From contig MU006114.1 in the NCBI GenBank assembly GCA_010093705.1, positions 124,001 to 188,000 on the forward strand: DNA of 64,000 nucleotides. The letters run 5' to 3'. The DNA comes from Patellaria atrata CBS 101060 (Eukaryota). Shown here one piece after another: positions 11,870 through 26,312 of this stretch. The translations under genes were made by a program, and so were the position numbers. The notes beneath the pieces were generated by a model, which was not told the origin of the DNA, searched no databases, and was given only the letters and a program-made list of their open reading frames with translations. Each line of letters begins with the position of its first letter. Within the stretch, counting starts at the first letter, position 1.

Positions 11870-14845
11870 TCAAGTCCTCGTCTCCGGAATCGTTCCATCG
11901 AGAACCGCAACCGCGCCCGCGTTCCCCGCATCCGTACTCCCGTTGAGCAGCGAGATGACAGAGATAACATCCGACGGCTCGAGGAGATGCCACGTCGCTA
12001 TCGTCTGCTTATTCGACGGGCCGACGGTGACCGAGAAAACGAAATCACGTGGAAGTCCCGAGTTCGCAAGAGCGCGAAACATGTCCTCATCGGTGAAGTC
12101 ATCACCAAGACACAGGACGAATTCCAGCTTCTCGTTGCCATCTGATTGAACAGTGTGCTCGGCGACCAGCTTCTTTGCGATCTCCCCCTTGTTGATGAAC
12201 TTGGGACGGACCTCCAGGTTGGCTTTCCCGGTCATCACTTCGATGGGGTAGCGCTTGACGACTGTCTGTTCGAGCTGCCTGTGGCAGAGATGGGAGTTCT
12301 GAAGGCCTTGCTGAGGGTCGGCGTTGCGGTAGTGCCAGGTGAGGGCTATCTTCTTGCGTTCGGTAACTGCGCCTATAACCTGTTAAGTATATTTTGATAA
12401 TGCTGGTACAAATTGTGTTTACCTGGAGTGGAGTCATTGTACTGCTCGAACACGGCATCGACCTCCTCGCGCCAGCCCATGTCCTCTTTCTCACTCAAAT
12501 TGACCCAATGATTCTCTCTCGGCCTTCGAACGAACGCACCGTGTTCCGCGCTGAACCCGAGTTCGGGAATATTACCCAGCCATTGCTCGAGAAATTTGGA
12601 GTCCCGGCCACTGATGATCCATACTATGTTAGCAGGATTTGATGCCAGAGTCTTGAGAATCCGGATGAGGCGATCTGTTGGAACTGCGGCTGAGGGTTCG
12701 TTAACAATAGGTGTGAGCGTGCCGTCATAGTCGAACATGAACAGCCTCTTCTTCGCTTGACGATATTGAGAAAAGAGCTTTTCTTTGTCCAAGGCTGGAG
12801 TATTAAAGGTTTGGTCAAATGTATTCAAGTTTGTCAACAGACGTCTGAAGAATCTATCCGTCCAGGACCGTACGTTATTCTTGAAAACGTGCTCGTAGAG
12901 TTTATCGTGTTGTGCTTTACGTTGACTCGTAGGCATAATCAGTGCATCATTGATGGCATTAGCAACGTCACCAAGGTCCCAAGGGTTGATGTGTATCGCG
13001 CTGATCAGATATCCAGCAGTTCCGGAGAACTCAGAGATGATAAGTGGCCCGTGATTGTCCTTCTGGCAAATGACATACTCCATGCTTGTTGTATTCATAC
13101 CGTCTCGCACACTGGTAATCAAGCCAACGTCAGCGATACGTAGTAAGGCGAAGTACTCCTCTTCCAAGAAGTACTGCGGATAATGCTGCACAGGTGTAAA
13201 GCTCAATGAACCATATTGACCGTTTATTTTTCCTGCGAGATCAGCAATTCTGTTTATGAACCTCTCATCACCATCTTGAACTAGACCACCACCACTGGGA
13301 CTGGTGACTTGAATCAATACCACTTTATCGCGCCATTCTGGATGTCGTTCGAGAAGGAGCTCAAATGCTTGAAGTTTTTGAGCCACTCCCCTGGCAGAAT
13401 CTAGACGATCACGACCTACGATGATCTTTTTCCCATGATACATTTCGCGAATATTGGCGATTCTATCCTCAATTAGAGGATTATCAAAGGCTTTCTTATA
13501 GACAGCCTCAGCATTGATACCGATTGGGAATATATCAACCGCTACATGTGCGCCATAGGCATCGACTCCAGTTGTCGACGAGTCGAAACCCAAAATACGG
13601 GTGCAGCAAGAAGAGAAATGACGAGAATAGCTGTACGATTGGAAGCCGATCATATTTGCGCCCAATACACCTTCTAATACCTCCTTTCGGCGGGTGAGGC
13701 ATCTGTAGATCTCGCTACTTGGAAACGGTACGTGAAGGAAGAAGCCGATGTAGATGTTAGGCACACGTTGCCTTAACAAACTTGGTAATAGCATGAGATA
13801 GAAGTCGTGGACCAGAACTATATCGCCTGGACTATACTTTTCCAGGATACGATCTGCGAACATTTTGTTCAGCCGGTAGTAATCCGCCCAGGACTTCCGC
13901 TCCGCACGACCATCTACAGGTGCGTTCTGCTTGTAGTGAAACAGTGTGTATAGATGATGTTCTGCATACTTTCTCCATCTGCTTTGATCCTTCAGAACAA
14001 TGTCCCCGTTTTCAGCTATAGCATCAGTGAGCCACACTGGAAGTATTTCGCCGTTGTAACTCTGATTAAGCTTATGCTCAAGGCTTAAGCGGTCTTCTGA
14101 TGATACTCTGAGACTCTCCTGAAATTGAAATTGTGGAGATTTTGCACCAGCATCGACGGGAACTGGAGCAGATGATCTATTCAATGGTTTCACATGGCCT
14201 AAAGTAGGAGGAACTTCATTTTCCGAGCCTTCAGATGGTATTCTGGAACCACGGTCTATCTCTCCTGTCCAACCAACTAGGGTATGTTTCCACGAAGAAG
14301 AAGAGGATGAAAGATATGCAAAAGAATCAAACAAAGCAGATGTACCACGCCGTGAGTTGAGTTCCTGGTCGAGTAAGTTAGCGGTACTAAGCCGGGGAAG
14401 TCATAGTTCGACATACCCATTCTCGATTTGGAGAGAAGCCCAGAACAAAAGGAACACAAAAGGTTGCGCTAATAACTTTACCGCTTAATTTGAGGTTAGG
14501 ATGCGCTGATGCAGAATGAGCCCCATTTGTCAATTTCGTACGATCTGTGAGAGAATCGTGGTGACTACCCTGTCCATTGTGATACGGCGGAAAATAAGAC
14601 TCTGCGTTTCCACGAGGACGAGGAAACGTCGTGTATTGGTCGAATGATGGGTCTAGAGCAGGTGACGAGGTCTTTTCTGGCTCAATGTATGCGGATTGAC
14701 CTGTATCAAGTATACCGGGCGTGACGGGGACAGCAGTATTGGATGGACGAAGAGCTGGATGGATATCAGGTTCAGCTGGGCCTCGAGGGCTTGAGGGTCG
14801 CAACCGTGGAGACATTTGAGGTGTCTCTTGGGTGCCTCGCTGCAT
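11870..14845 (-). CDS. TPS2: Trehalose-6-phosphate phosphatase (GT20 TPS-like domain plus HAD phosphatase)
   Basis: Motifs VHDFYL, GFFLHVPFPSSE, VGRDRLD and RDGMN; intact HAD motif FMFDYDGTL; ISGRD, SAEHG, WHYR and GDDFTDEDMF. Introns 14365-14416 and 12373-12422 keep the frame. The start may be the next in-frame ATG (MSPRLR). Confidence 0.93.
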
Positions 14846-15655
14846 GATCAAGCTAGGTTAGAGGTCGAATCAAAAGGAATTCTAGAACAGAAATGATGCC
14901 ATGTGATATATGTACAGTATCGATAAAGGTAGGTAATAAGGCTGTAATGCCTTACTGGTGTTTTTAGGATATATGTGACGTAGGAGAAAGATATCGATTC
15001 GATGAGATTGACCACTATCAAGAAAGAGGGTATACTTACTTCAGTGTCTCCTTCCGCGACTGTGAGGCTGATAGTTTAGCTTTAAGGTAGGTTTGTTCTA
15101 TGCTACTGTAGTGCCTGAGGTCTACAGTGCATCAAGTTCTTAGGTAGGATTGCACTGATGGAGTATCATAAACCTCACGTGAGTCGTGAATTAGAATACT
15201 CGAGGAACCAGAGTTTGGTAGTCCGTAGAGAAAGATATAGAACCACACAGATTTGCCTCATGGGCCTTTATGTATGTCAAGTATACGCCATGGAAAGGTC
15301 CAAGGCAACAACGTGGTTTGACGAGAGCGCAGCGGCATGTTCGAGCTCGTGAATCACTCACATTAGGCAAGTACGTTTGTTCTTGTTACAGCATTCACCT
15401 GTTTAAGGAAGGAACTTGGCCCCACCGTCCAACCTGGAAGGGGTCATCTCGACGGGAATGTTTGGTGGTAGTCTACCGGTAGCTCGATACGACCGACGCT
15501 AGCGCCGATCTCTCATCCCGGCCCGAATTTACAATTTCTATCAGAATAGAAGCTCTGCTTTTCGTAACCACGCCCAAAAAGCTAATATACAGCAGTTGCG
15601 CGAACGACCTACATCAACATCGCTTCCTACTCTTTCAATTTGCTCAATTTGTTCA

Positions 15656-17493
15656 ATGGTCCATAAAGTGCATGTTTGTAACGCAAAAAATGCATTCCAT
15701 CCCCGTCAAGCCCTCCATTGCTTGCTCTCTAGCTGTTTTCCCTTGAAAGAATCCCACTCCTGGGTCCGGTTCAGACACCCCCCCTCTGCCATATTTCGAA
15801 GTATAGCTACATTTAAGGTGGAGCGCAAGACACACAACCGTCAAGATAAAGATATCGTTCCTGGAGACCTCACTGCTACGCTTGAAGCCCATCGCGCGTC
15901 CAATCGAGCCTTGAAAGTCCGCAAGTTCATTGTGTCGGACCCACCCAATGCGGGCGTGTACAGACCGCCCTTTCATCTTTTTCAAACTCCAGGGGAGAAT
16001 CATAAGGCCCTTAAACAGGACCCGCCTGCGAAGAGGTCTCGGTCCAACCCGGCTAGCAAGGGAACACGTAAAGAGGAGGCTACAGCTAAGGTCGAAAGTC
16101 CTTTAGTGATGACCCAAGATGTGGAGACACAGTCAACCTCAAAACATGCGATACGTAGAGGACTGAAAAGAGGGAAGCCCATCGATACAAAACCAGTATT
16201 GGATTATGACCCAGTGTATGTAAAACCGGCCATCTGTCAGACTCTTCCAGACGAGAAACTTCCTTGGATCACTGCAGATTTGTTGTCAATTCAAAACTAT
16301 AGTGAACGGTGGGTTTACTAGATCTCTTTGGCTCAATACAGGTGAACTGACCTGTTATAGACTTGGAGCTGAGATAAAGGCGTTCCACGATTACTTTGTC
16401 TCTGATTCTGAAGAACAAGCTGCAGCGGCATTTGTAATAGAAGAGGTGAAAGAGGGCCTTCGTCAAGGCCAATTCCGTGGTACATTGGAAGTCTTCGGTT
16501 CACGTCGCACTGGCTTGGGGCTGGCGACGTCTGATATTGATCTACGTCTCATGCCTTTGACGATATCCCCAGACACGCAGTTGCACAAGGCTCCTAGAAA
16601 AGATGTTCGAAGGCAATTGGGTGGTTCGCTCGTTTATCTGTTTGACGTCTTCAGAAGTGATAGCAAAGAGTTCATGCTCGTTACCTTCAGACACTCTCGA
16701 TATCCACTAATATCAATGCAACATAGAGAATCTGGGTTGGATATACAGATCGTGTTGAGCAACGACACAAGGCTTCAACGTGATTATATTCAAAGACAGC
16801 TGTCTGAAATCCCAGATCTCAAACCACTCTACGTTTTATTCAAGATGACATTGGATATACGTGGTCTCAACAATGTCTTCCGGGGTGGACTCGGTAGCTA
16901 TCCTCTTTTTAACATGCTTGTAGCTCCACTTCGACTGAAAATACCGGAGAATGAACTTGGTATCTCAAACTTTGAAAAGAATCTCGAAGTGATTCTGGAT
17001 TTCTGGGGTAACCTGTCAACGCAGCACACAGCAGTTTCAGTGGAGCCCCCGATGCTTCTTAAAAAATACACGAAGGAGACAGACGTAGGCTATTGCCACG
17101 CACAGTGGAAAAAAAACCGTGCCAACGAGGTAAGTAGAATATCATCCAAACGGCAAATCCTCCATGAATATAATAGCTAAGTAAAATGAATAGCTTGCAA
17201 AAAGCCAATACGCCCTCACAAAAACCAAAGAAGAGGAACCATATATGCTCTGTTTGCAGGATCCCGTCGATCCCTACAATGACCTTGGAAGGAAAGCATT
17301 TGGTATCAAACATATCCTATACACGTTGATAATGCTTCGAGCAGAATTGAAAATGGCGAAGCAGAACCCGGAGACGAAGTCACACCTTGCCGCCTGGGTG
17401 GGTAGTGTACCAGACTACCTGGGCGCCAGAAGGGAGAAGGTAAGAGCGTATGCGAGGTCGAAAATATCGGCATCTCAAGCTTCGAATATTTAG
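15656..17493 (+). CDS. Non-canonical poly(A) polymerase / terminal nucleotidyltransferase-like protein (Trf4/Cid1 fold)
   Basis: Pol-beta motif VFGSRRTGLGLATSDIDL, plus GGLGSY and LCLQDPVDPYNDLGR. Introns 16309-16360 and 17130-17193 keep the frame. Confidence 0.85.
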
Positions 17494-19677
17494 GGATTTT
17501 AGAAAAACACATAATTCGTGTGCATGTTTCGTTCGGTCGTAATGGGAGAAGTACGATCAACTTGTATCCATATGGAAGATGACTCGCAATTTACAGTCAT
17601 ATATACCTCAACTTTCAAAGTAGTGGAAGCGTGTGAATGTGACCAGCATTGGCCTTCATACATTACCTTTCGGTTCTTCACTATTCTCTTTCATCGAGAC
17701 AACCATGCTCAGTTTACACGTTCATGGACTAGCGGATCCCGAAGAACCTATTTCGGACCTAAATGAAGAAAAGAAACAGGCATCGAGAGTGAACGATCCG
17801 CTCTAATCATTTAATCGCCCAAGTTATCCTTTCACCAACCGTGATGAGAAAAGGCGAGAAAGCACTTCGAATACCATCCAAGTAAAGAAAAGGCCGTCAA
17901 GAACGCTCGAACAAACTTACAACAATCACACCTGCACTCCTCAAAATAACGCGTGCGCAAACTCTCGACTATATGCGCGAAACCAACGCGTTGATAAAGG
18001 TAACGAAACTAACGATGTTTCTCATAGCCTTTCATTTCCGAAACTGCAAAGACCCCTGAATAGCCGGATAGTGGCGCCGTTAGAGCTAAAGAGGCCGTAT
18101 CGCCCTGAAGCTCGCCAAGATTGCCACCGTGGGTCCCGCTTGGAGAGTTCCGACGCGCGATTGCGTGGGCCAGAGGTTTGAGGTGAGTTTTGACCCGTAC
18201 GATACGAGTGTTTTTCAAAGCTGAGGTTTTCGATTGGAAAAGGTGATTATGGCTTTCAGCTTTGAGAAGAGGTATCCCGTACCTGTACGGTGGGAACTGA
18301 ACACATGGGAAAAGAGAGTGCTACAAAAATAAACAGCTACGGCATCGTACAGTAGTAGATACGGGAAGGGGATTGGTTGAGCTTGGTGAAACGGCCGTGG
18401 TTCATCCGTTTGCCGGGTTAGGATGTAAAAGTTGTCGTATGCAGGAACCCGCTCGTTTTTCTCCTTACTTGCAGCTTTCTCACACGTCTTCCGGCGTCTG
18501 CGTGTCTGGACAGCGACGATCTGACTCCACTTCCCCTTCATCCCGTCGTTCTGGATGCTATCAAAAGATCAAAATAACATCAGTGCTTTGAGCAACGGTC
18601 TGAGATGAGCACGAGTAAAATTTAGATTCACGGATGATGACTCTTTTTCGCTTTTGGAGTTGAACGTTGCATTGATGGGCTAAAATAAGCAGGAGTTATT
18701 ACCGGGAAATTATGACAGCGAATCGATCGCTAGAACGGACTCTAGAATAACGGGAAACATAAGGTGCAACGGCTGGAGATCAAGGACAAGAAAAATTACA
18801 AGTTTTAAGACCAGAGCAAGTTTCAGTTCGTCAACACGATATGTCGGAGAATTCTGTGATGCTTCAAGAGTCTCTTTAGTCCTCCAGTATTTACTGACTT
18901 CTCTAACGCTTCCAAACGTCAAATGAAGTTTACTGTACTTTCCAGTAGAAGATTCTATGGTAGAACTGCTTCACCGGACACAAAAACAAACATAGATTTC
19001 GCATAGACCTTTTCTTTATGCAGAAAGTAATTTATCAACGAATGATAAGGCATATCAACTCATAAAAGAGTCGATACAGAGTACCTCCACTACCCGCGAG
19101 GACTTGCTAGAGATTAAAGAATAGACACCGCTTCTCAAGGGTAGGAGAGGTCTTTACTGGTCCATGAAACCCACATCGAATCATGTTCAGGGGATTCTAA
19201 TTTCGATAGAGAGCCGCAACAAGGTGTCCCTGAAGGTGAGGGGGTTTTGATAACCGCATTATTGGCCTGGCGTTGCAATCGTTCTTAGCAAAGTTAACAT
19301 GCATCCAATACTGGAAGTACGCGGTGGCGGCCACTAGCAAGGTTTTCGATATCGAGCCCCTTTTCCCGTCCCCTGCTGTGCACACGATCAAAGCGCTAGG
19401 AGTAAGTGGAGAACCAATCAGCAAATTTAATTGGCAACGTCTGTTTTCGAACTTTTCGGACCCTAATCAAGCTCTCATATAAAGCTCACTCTACCACGCT
19501 CTCCCAATCCTCTTCTCTTTTCTTCTACATCCACACTCACATTCGTTGATAGTCAATCATACCCGGTTCTTACACCGATTACACTCGTTTTACCGACTCT
19601 CAACAACAACCAAAAACCAAACCGAATCAACCCACTTACCGTTCTTACGTAAAAGTAAATACTTAATACCCATCGAA

Positions 19678-20273
19678 ATGCGTGTCTCAACCGTTGCCGT
19701 CGCCGCGTTCGTCGCTGGTGCCTCTGCCTACGAGTACGTTCCTCCTGCGTACAACACCACCTCCTCCACCCCGGTGTATGAGACCTCCACCATGCCGGTG
19801 TACGAGACGACCCCGGAAGCGTACCCGACAACCTCTGAGTACCCGACCTATCCCGTCTATACCACTGAGACCGTGAGCAAGTACACCACCTACTGCCCGG
19901 GCCCCACCCACATCACCCACGGCACTCACACCTATACCGTGACCACGGCCACTACTCTCACCATTACCGACTGCTCCCCCTGCACCATCACCAGGCCGGT
20001 CTATACGTAAGCTTTTTCTTTCAAGTAGTCCAAAGAAACAGATTGACTGACCTTATTCCTAGTCCTCCTGCGGTCCCAACCACAAGCGTTATCTATACCT
20101 ACCCAGTATACCCCAACGCCTCCACTCCGGTGTACACCCCTCCTGTCAGCACCCCATCCAGCTACACCAGCACCTCCGCTCCCATCCCCACCTTTACCGG
20201 TGCCGCTAACCGTGTTGCTGGCTCTGGTGCCGCTCTCAGCGGTCTCCTCGCCCTCGCCGCTTATCTTTTGTAA
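19678..20273 (+). CDS. GPI-anchored Thr/Pro/Tyr-rich cell-wall protein, ccg-6/Ccw12-like
   Basis: Signal peptide MRVSTVAVAAFVAGASA; motif YTTYCPGPTHITHGTHTYTVTTATTLTITDC.PCTI; intron 20007-20062; GPI signal FTGAANRVAGSGAALSGLLALAAYLL; TATA-like ATATAAA at about 19477. Confidence 0.85.
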
Positions 20274-22781
20274 GCGCGTCCAGCGTGCCCTTGAACCCAT
20301 CGTCTATGGTTTTCAAGCGTCTGGATGGGTGAGGCAGAGACTCCGGGGTCTGGGGTTGATGTCCGCGGCTGTGGGGAATGTGGGTTTAATTCTGTTCTTG
20401 GTGATGTAATGATGAAGGGAGACGCACGGCACGACTTTGGGAGTTTCTCAAACCGCGCGCATTTTTGGTCAAGGTGATGTGCGGCTGGATTTGGATGGTT
20501 ACCCAGTTGTGCTCGTGCGTGTTGGTTCTAAACGCTCCGAGCGGCTTTCATGTTCATAGTACTCTGGCGGTTGTAGAGGAGTTGGATCGGAGATTCTTGT
20601 CTGTAGGATTAATATGATTGCTGTGAAGTCGTTATGTCCTCTCGCTACTGTGTTTAATGATACCTTGGGACTTTTTATTAGTATTCTGATATCACACACT
20701 GCAGGCAAAATGAAATTCTTGCTTTTACTATTAGGAGGGAGCAGGCAGGGCTTCCAAATGTCGGCTTTGAGTTGGCTGATTGGGGCATCCTCCCAACCCC
20801 GAACCGGGAAATTACGATTAGCGCCCTCGATATATTTTGGGGGGATCCGTGCGACTGTTACCCTGGTTGGTTGCACGGTACCTGGTCGGGAGCGTGGTCT
20901 TGTGTATCCAATCATACCTACCTTATCGGGGTCCTATGTGCGGTAATGTGGTGGGATGAGAGGGATGGATGGATGGATGGAGATGAGGTGATGATAGGGT
21001 TCGCGTACCTACTGTTGATGAACTTTTGATACTGATCCTCCAAGCTCTTTCCATCTAGAGGAAGCTCGATTCTAATCTAAAGGACCCGTTTGCAGGTACT
21101 GTACGTACCGTTCGCGTATTCCTGGCTTATACTGCATGTTGTTGGTGTTTGTAGAGTAAGTTAGAGCAATTTCAGGTATATTGGTGCTACACTGTAGGTA
21201 GGATTTGCCTCTGACGGGTCCGTATGAGGAGGTGTTAGTACAGCTGTTGTGAACTTTAGGTAAGGTATTAGGTTGTGCGGGAGAGAAGCTTCGGGTCGGT
21301 TCGTTTCCGTTATTTCTGTGTTATATACATCCGGGTGGGAAGGTAAGGGAGGGAGCTGTCGAGGAAGGTACGGTACTGAGGGTGATTTTTATGATGGGGA
21401 AAGCTGCGTTTCAATTGTCATAAGGTACTCGAGGGCAGCAGTGATCATCTCGAATCTAGTTCAGTCCAAGCTCGCATACTATAAAGAATACTGATGTGAA
21501 CATGTCAGCTTCTTCCTACAAGAGAGGATTCTATTGACAGCACATTCGAAGTTCTTTTTTCAGTGTGTCGAGTACTGGATGTCATAGTTGTACAGAATAG
21601 TAAGGTACAGTGAATACCTTACTGTACTCCGTTGCTCAATCAGACTGTGCATGAGACTGTCCTCATAGTCCGAAGCTCCCGTACGCGCTTACGGTGACTC
21701 TTAGAACAACAGAAGCAACTCGTGACCGATATAGACGGATAGATTGCCGGATCTGGACGTGTTTGGCGACGATATACTATTTGCATCCGACAAAGACCAG
21801 CTCAGCTGTCAACACACGTGTACAGAGTATAGGTAATTGTACTATATATGCCAGCAAAAGAATTGTAAAGTCATATGAGCGAATGATGGCATTTCTTGCT
21901 GTCATAGCGGTATAAAAGTTTGCGGACCAATAGCTTGTTGTAGTCGAGGTGCAGACGGAATTACGTGACGCTTTTCGAATGAGGGCGAAACGTGCATCGT
22001 GAAAGCTGGGCAGATGGTTACTTTTTGACTTTTCACCTCTTGTTCGTAAGTTCATCGGCGTTTTCTCCGCACGTGAGAATAAAACTTCATCCTACCATCT
22101 CTCTAAGGAGATCTAGTCAGGTACACGACGCTTGCCAGTTGCCTCTCGAAAGTCTCTTTGGCCAAAAATCGCTGATCTCGTGCTCATCCGCCGCAAACCG
22201 AGAATCGCGAATCAGGCTTCGCCGCTGAATGCTGACACTTTTTGTCGCTGTCCACCATATCGTTTGAAATTATGAATAATAAGTAGAAGAGGGGTTCCGC
22301 TCTCCAGTTTTCATTTCCAAATTACTTTCTTTGCGTCAATCGATTTCTTCGATCAAAAATCTTTCTTCTTTAAAATCCCTCAGTATTTGAACTTTCGTCA
22401 TCTTTGACCTTGAAGTAGCGGGGGTACCTTAAGGGTCTGATTTGATACACCACAGCTCAAATCTAACCTCGACGTAAACATTCACATACATCATCTACCG
22501 CTTGTTACACCAGCTCTAATCGTTAACGATCTTCTTCATTGGCCTTCAGCTGCATATACGGCGTAATAATCGTCCAATTGCGTCTCTCCGTCTCGGAACT
22601 GCGGTGTGCTTTTAAAGTTCTATTCCTGGACATTTCTGATTACAATCCATCAATCCTCAGAAATTCCCCTCACAATAAAGGGACCTTCGTTGCACCGAGG
22701 TAAATTCACTTCAGGTTTGTGCATCCGTCCCTCTCACCCGACACTTCTATACAAATTACCCTCGAAATTTCCCATACCAGA

Positions 22782-25700
22782 ATGGATACCTCAGCTTATG
22801 ATCGTACTACGCATCCTGAACTGACCATTACAAATACTTCAGATACGACTTTCCCCCAAATAACCTCTGCTGGGAACCAGCGACTATCAGCAAACATGGA
22901 GTCTCCCGCACCAGTGAACGGAGTTCATAACAAGCTCGTAGAGCAAATTGTCCGCACACCAAGTCGACAGCCCTCCCCCTTGCCTACACATCTCAGTGTC
23001 CCCGGTACCAATCCTCGATTACTACATGAGACGGGCCCAGGATATGTCGCTCCGAAGTTCGAGGGCAAGGAGAAACAGATGGAGACGTACGCAATATCAA
23101 TTTTAGAATCATATATAGGTGGAGGCTGACTACATGTAGGGTTATGGACCAATTGGAAGAAAAGGGGTTCATTCCTCCAGATTTCGTCGAGTCGGAGACC
23201 AACTGGTTCTACAATGAGCTTGGAATAGATGACATGTACTTCTCCACAGAGACCCCAGATGCGTGAGTACCAATCCCCATGTTTTAAAGTTTGGTCTCGT
23301 CTGGTATTCTGGGAAATTTATCAGACGGAAAGCTTTTTTGCCAGAATACTGATGGAGATATAGGATCGTTAACCACATCCATTCGCTATACGCGGCCAAA
23401 GTAGCTGCATATGCCCGAGACGACAAGCGACTAGAGATTCGACTTGATAAGGAAGCGTCAGATCATGCCGTATACATCGACACAAGCAAACCGGGTATCA
23501 CTGTTATGAATGGTCCAAAATACGAACAACGTATCGATGAGAAATATTTGAATGGATCAACAAGTTCCCGAAGCTATCGTGTAGAGACTTTCCGCTCAGC
23601 TAGTCTCCTTCCAGGTGGATCAGAACAGCAACTACGTTGCTACTTTGTCTACCAATGTGAATTCAACAATCCGAATGCAGGTCCCGAGGAGATCCGTATT
23701 GATGAGATTGGTGAAAAGAAGTTCTTGCAGAAAGCGACAGAGAACACAAAGAAGATCTATCAAGATATTATCGAAGCTGCTGTTGCCCGTACCGGTCCTG
23801 TGATTGAATTCTTCGATATCAAGGACTCTCGGGACAAGAGGCTCGTATTGGCATACAAGCAGGGCTCAGCCTTAGGTCTGTTCAGCGCGTTAAGTGATCT
23901 CTATCACTATTATGGCCTTACTTCATCTCGCAAGTATGTCGAACAATTCTCAAATGGATATACCGTGATGTCGATATATCTTCGTTCCGTATCTGGGAGT
24001 GTTGTTACGTCACGTTTCCCTCCCATTGAAGCCTCGATTCACCAAATAATCAAGGAGATCTCACTACTGTATTGCATTCCCCAGAACAAGTTCCAGGCGC
24101 ATTTTGCAACCGGAAAACTGAGTCTTCAGGAGACTATCTACGCACATTGTGTTTGGGTTTTCGTGAGCCATTTCCTGAACAGACTTGGATCCGAGTATAC
24201 AACTCTAGCACATCTTCTAGACCTCAACAACAGTCTCCACGTAGAACTTCTTTCGAAACTAAAGAAGCGTCTGCGTACGGAAACCTTCACCGCGGATTAC
24301 ATCCTGGAGATCATCAATCAGTATCCTGATCTTATCCACTTGTTATACTTATCTTTCGCCAGCACGCATTATGTGCAGACCCGTGGTGAGCAGGACGACT
24401 TCATTCCAACTTTAAGTTATCTCAGGATCAAAGTTGATAAGGTTCCATCTGATGAAGAGCTTGCTAATAGCATTTCCGATTCTGTCGCAAATGAGCATCA
24501 TAACATGGTTATGACTGCGTTCCGCATATTCAACAAAGCAGTCTTGAAATGTAACTTCTATACGCCTACCAAAGTGGCTCTAAGCTTCCGTCTGGGTGCA
24601 GACTTCCTGCCTTCTGAGGAGTATCCACAGCCTCTATACGGGATGTTCCTCGTCATTAGCTCTGAATTCCGTGGATTCCATCTTCGCTTCAGGGATATTG
24701 CTCGTGGAGGTATCAGAATAGTCAAGTCGCGTAGTCACGAAGCATATGCCATAAATGCTCGGTCCCTCTTTGACGAGAACTATAATCTAGCCAATACACA
24801 GCAGCGCAAGAACAAGGATATTCCCGAAGGTGGTTCCAAGGGTGTCATCTTACTCGATATGCATCACCAAGACAAGGCGAGGACCGCGTTCGAGAAATAC
24901 ATCGATAGTATCATGGATTTGTTATTACCTCCTACTAGTCCTGGTATCAAAGATCCAATCGTCGACCTACACGGAAAGGAGGAAATCCTCTTCATGGGCC
25001 CGGATGAGAATACCGCCGACCTCGTTGACTGGGCTACGGAACATGCTCGGGAGCGAGGTGCACCTTGGTGGAAATCATTCTTTACTGGAAAGAGTCCCAA
25101 GCTAGGCGGTATCCCTCACGATCACTATGGAATGACTACTCTCTCCGTCCGAGAGTACGTCCTCGGGATCTACAGGAAGTTGAATCTCGATCCGAGCAAA
25201 GTCAAAAAGTTGCAAACCGGTGGTCCGGATGGCGACTTGGGCTCCAATGAGATCCTTCTTGGAAACGAACAGTACTGCGCCATCGTGGACGGTTCTGGTG
25301 TGCTTGTGGACCCCAATGGCTTAAATCGGGATGAACTAGTACGTCTGGCCAAGAAGCGAGTGATGATTTCTGAGTTCGACCTATCGAAGTTATCATCTGA
25401 AGGTTACCGCGTGCTAGTCGAAGAGAATAATGTGAAGCTTCCTACAGGCGAGACGGTTCATAATGGAACAACATTCCGTAATACCTTCCATCTCCGTGAT
25501 GGTTCGCTCTACGACCTTTTCGTTCCATGTGGCGGACGTCCAGAATCGATAGACTTGAGCACTGTAAACAAACTCATTGTTGACGGAAAGTGCTCCATTC
25601 CATATATTGTAGAAGGAGCAAACTTGTTCATCACCCAGGAGGCCAAGTTGCGTTTGGAGAAAGCAGGATGCATACTTTACAAAGACGCATCAGCGAACAA

Positions 25701-26312
25701 GGGTGGTGTAACATCATCATCTCTTGAGGTACTTGCTTCATTGTCTTTCGATGATGAGGGATTCATTGAGAACATGTGTGTTCGCGAAGACGGTACTGTT
25801 CCGGGATTCTATCAACAATACGTGAAGCAAGTCCAGGGAACTATCAAGACAAACGCCGCTTTGGAATTCGAAGCGATCTGGAGGGAACACCAGGACACTG
25901 GTGAGCCGAGAAGCATCCTCAGCGACAAACTAAGTGTTGCGATCACGAAGCTTGATGAAGAGCTTCAAGGAACTGAACTATGGGACAACGTCCAGCTTCG
26001 AGAGAGCGTCTTGAGCGATGCTCTTCCAAATCTGCTACTGGAAAAGATCGGATTGCATACAATCATGGACAGGGTAAGAAAAAGCATTCATACTTGATCC
26101 ATGAAATATATACTGATAGTACTAGGTCCCGGACAACTATTTGCGCTCAATCTTTGGTAGCTACCTGGCTAGCCGTTTTGTGTATGAGTATGGCATCTCG
26201 GCTAGCCAGTTCGCTTTCTTTGCTTTGTAGGTTTGACACGTAATCTTTTGAGGAAACTTCAGCTGATAAGTTTGATAGTATGAACAAGAGGATGGCTAGG
26301 TTGAGGGAATAG
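22782..26312 (+). CDS. GDH2: NAD-specific glutamate dehydrogenase
   Basis: Motifs WFYNELGIDD, GFHLRFRDIARGGIR, KNKDIPEGGSKG, GPDENTA, TGGPDGDLGSNE, VEGANLF and DASANKGGVTSSS. Introns 23087-23139, 23263-23363, 26074-26125 and 26227-26278. Ends ...MNKRMARLRE*. Alternative start ATG at about 22896. Confidence 0.95.

Noticed and set aside
21599..21623. 9 bp perfect hairpin AGTAAGGTA-N7-TACCTTACT
   Set aside because: Short and isolated; could arise by chance; no supporting context.
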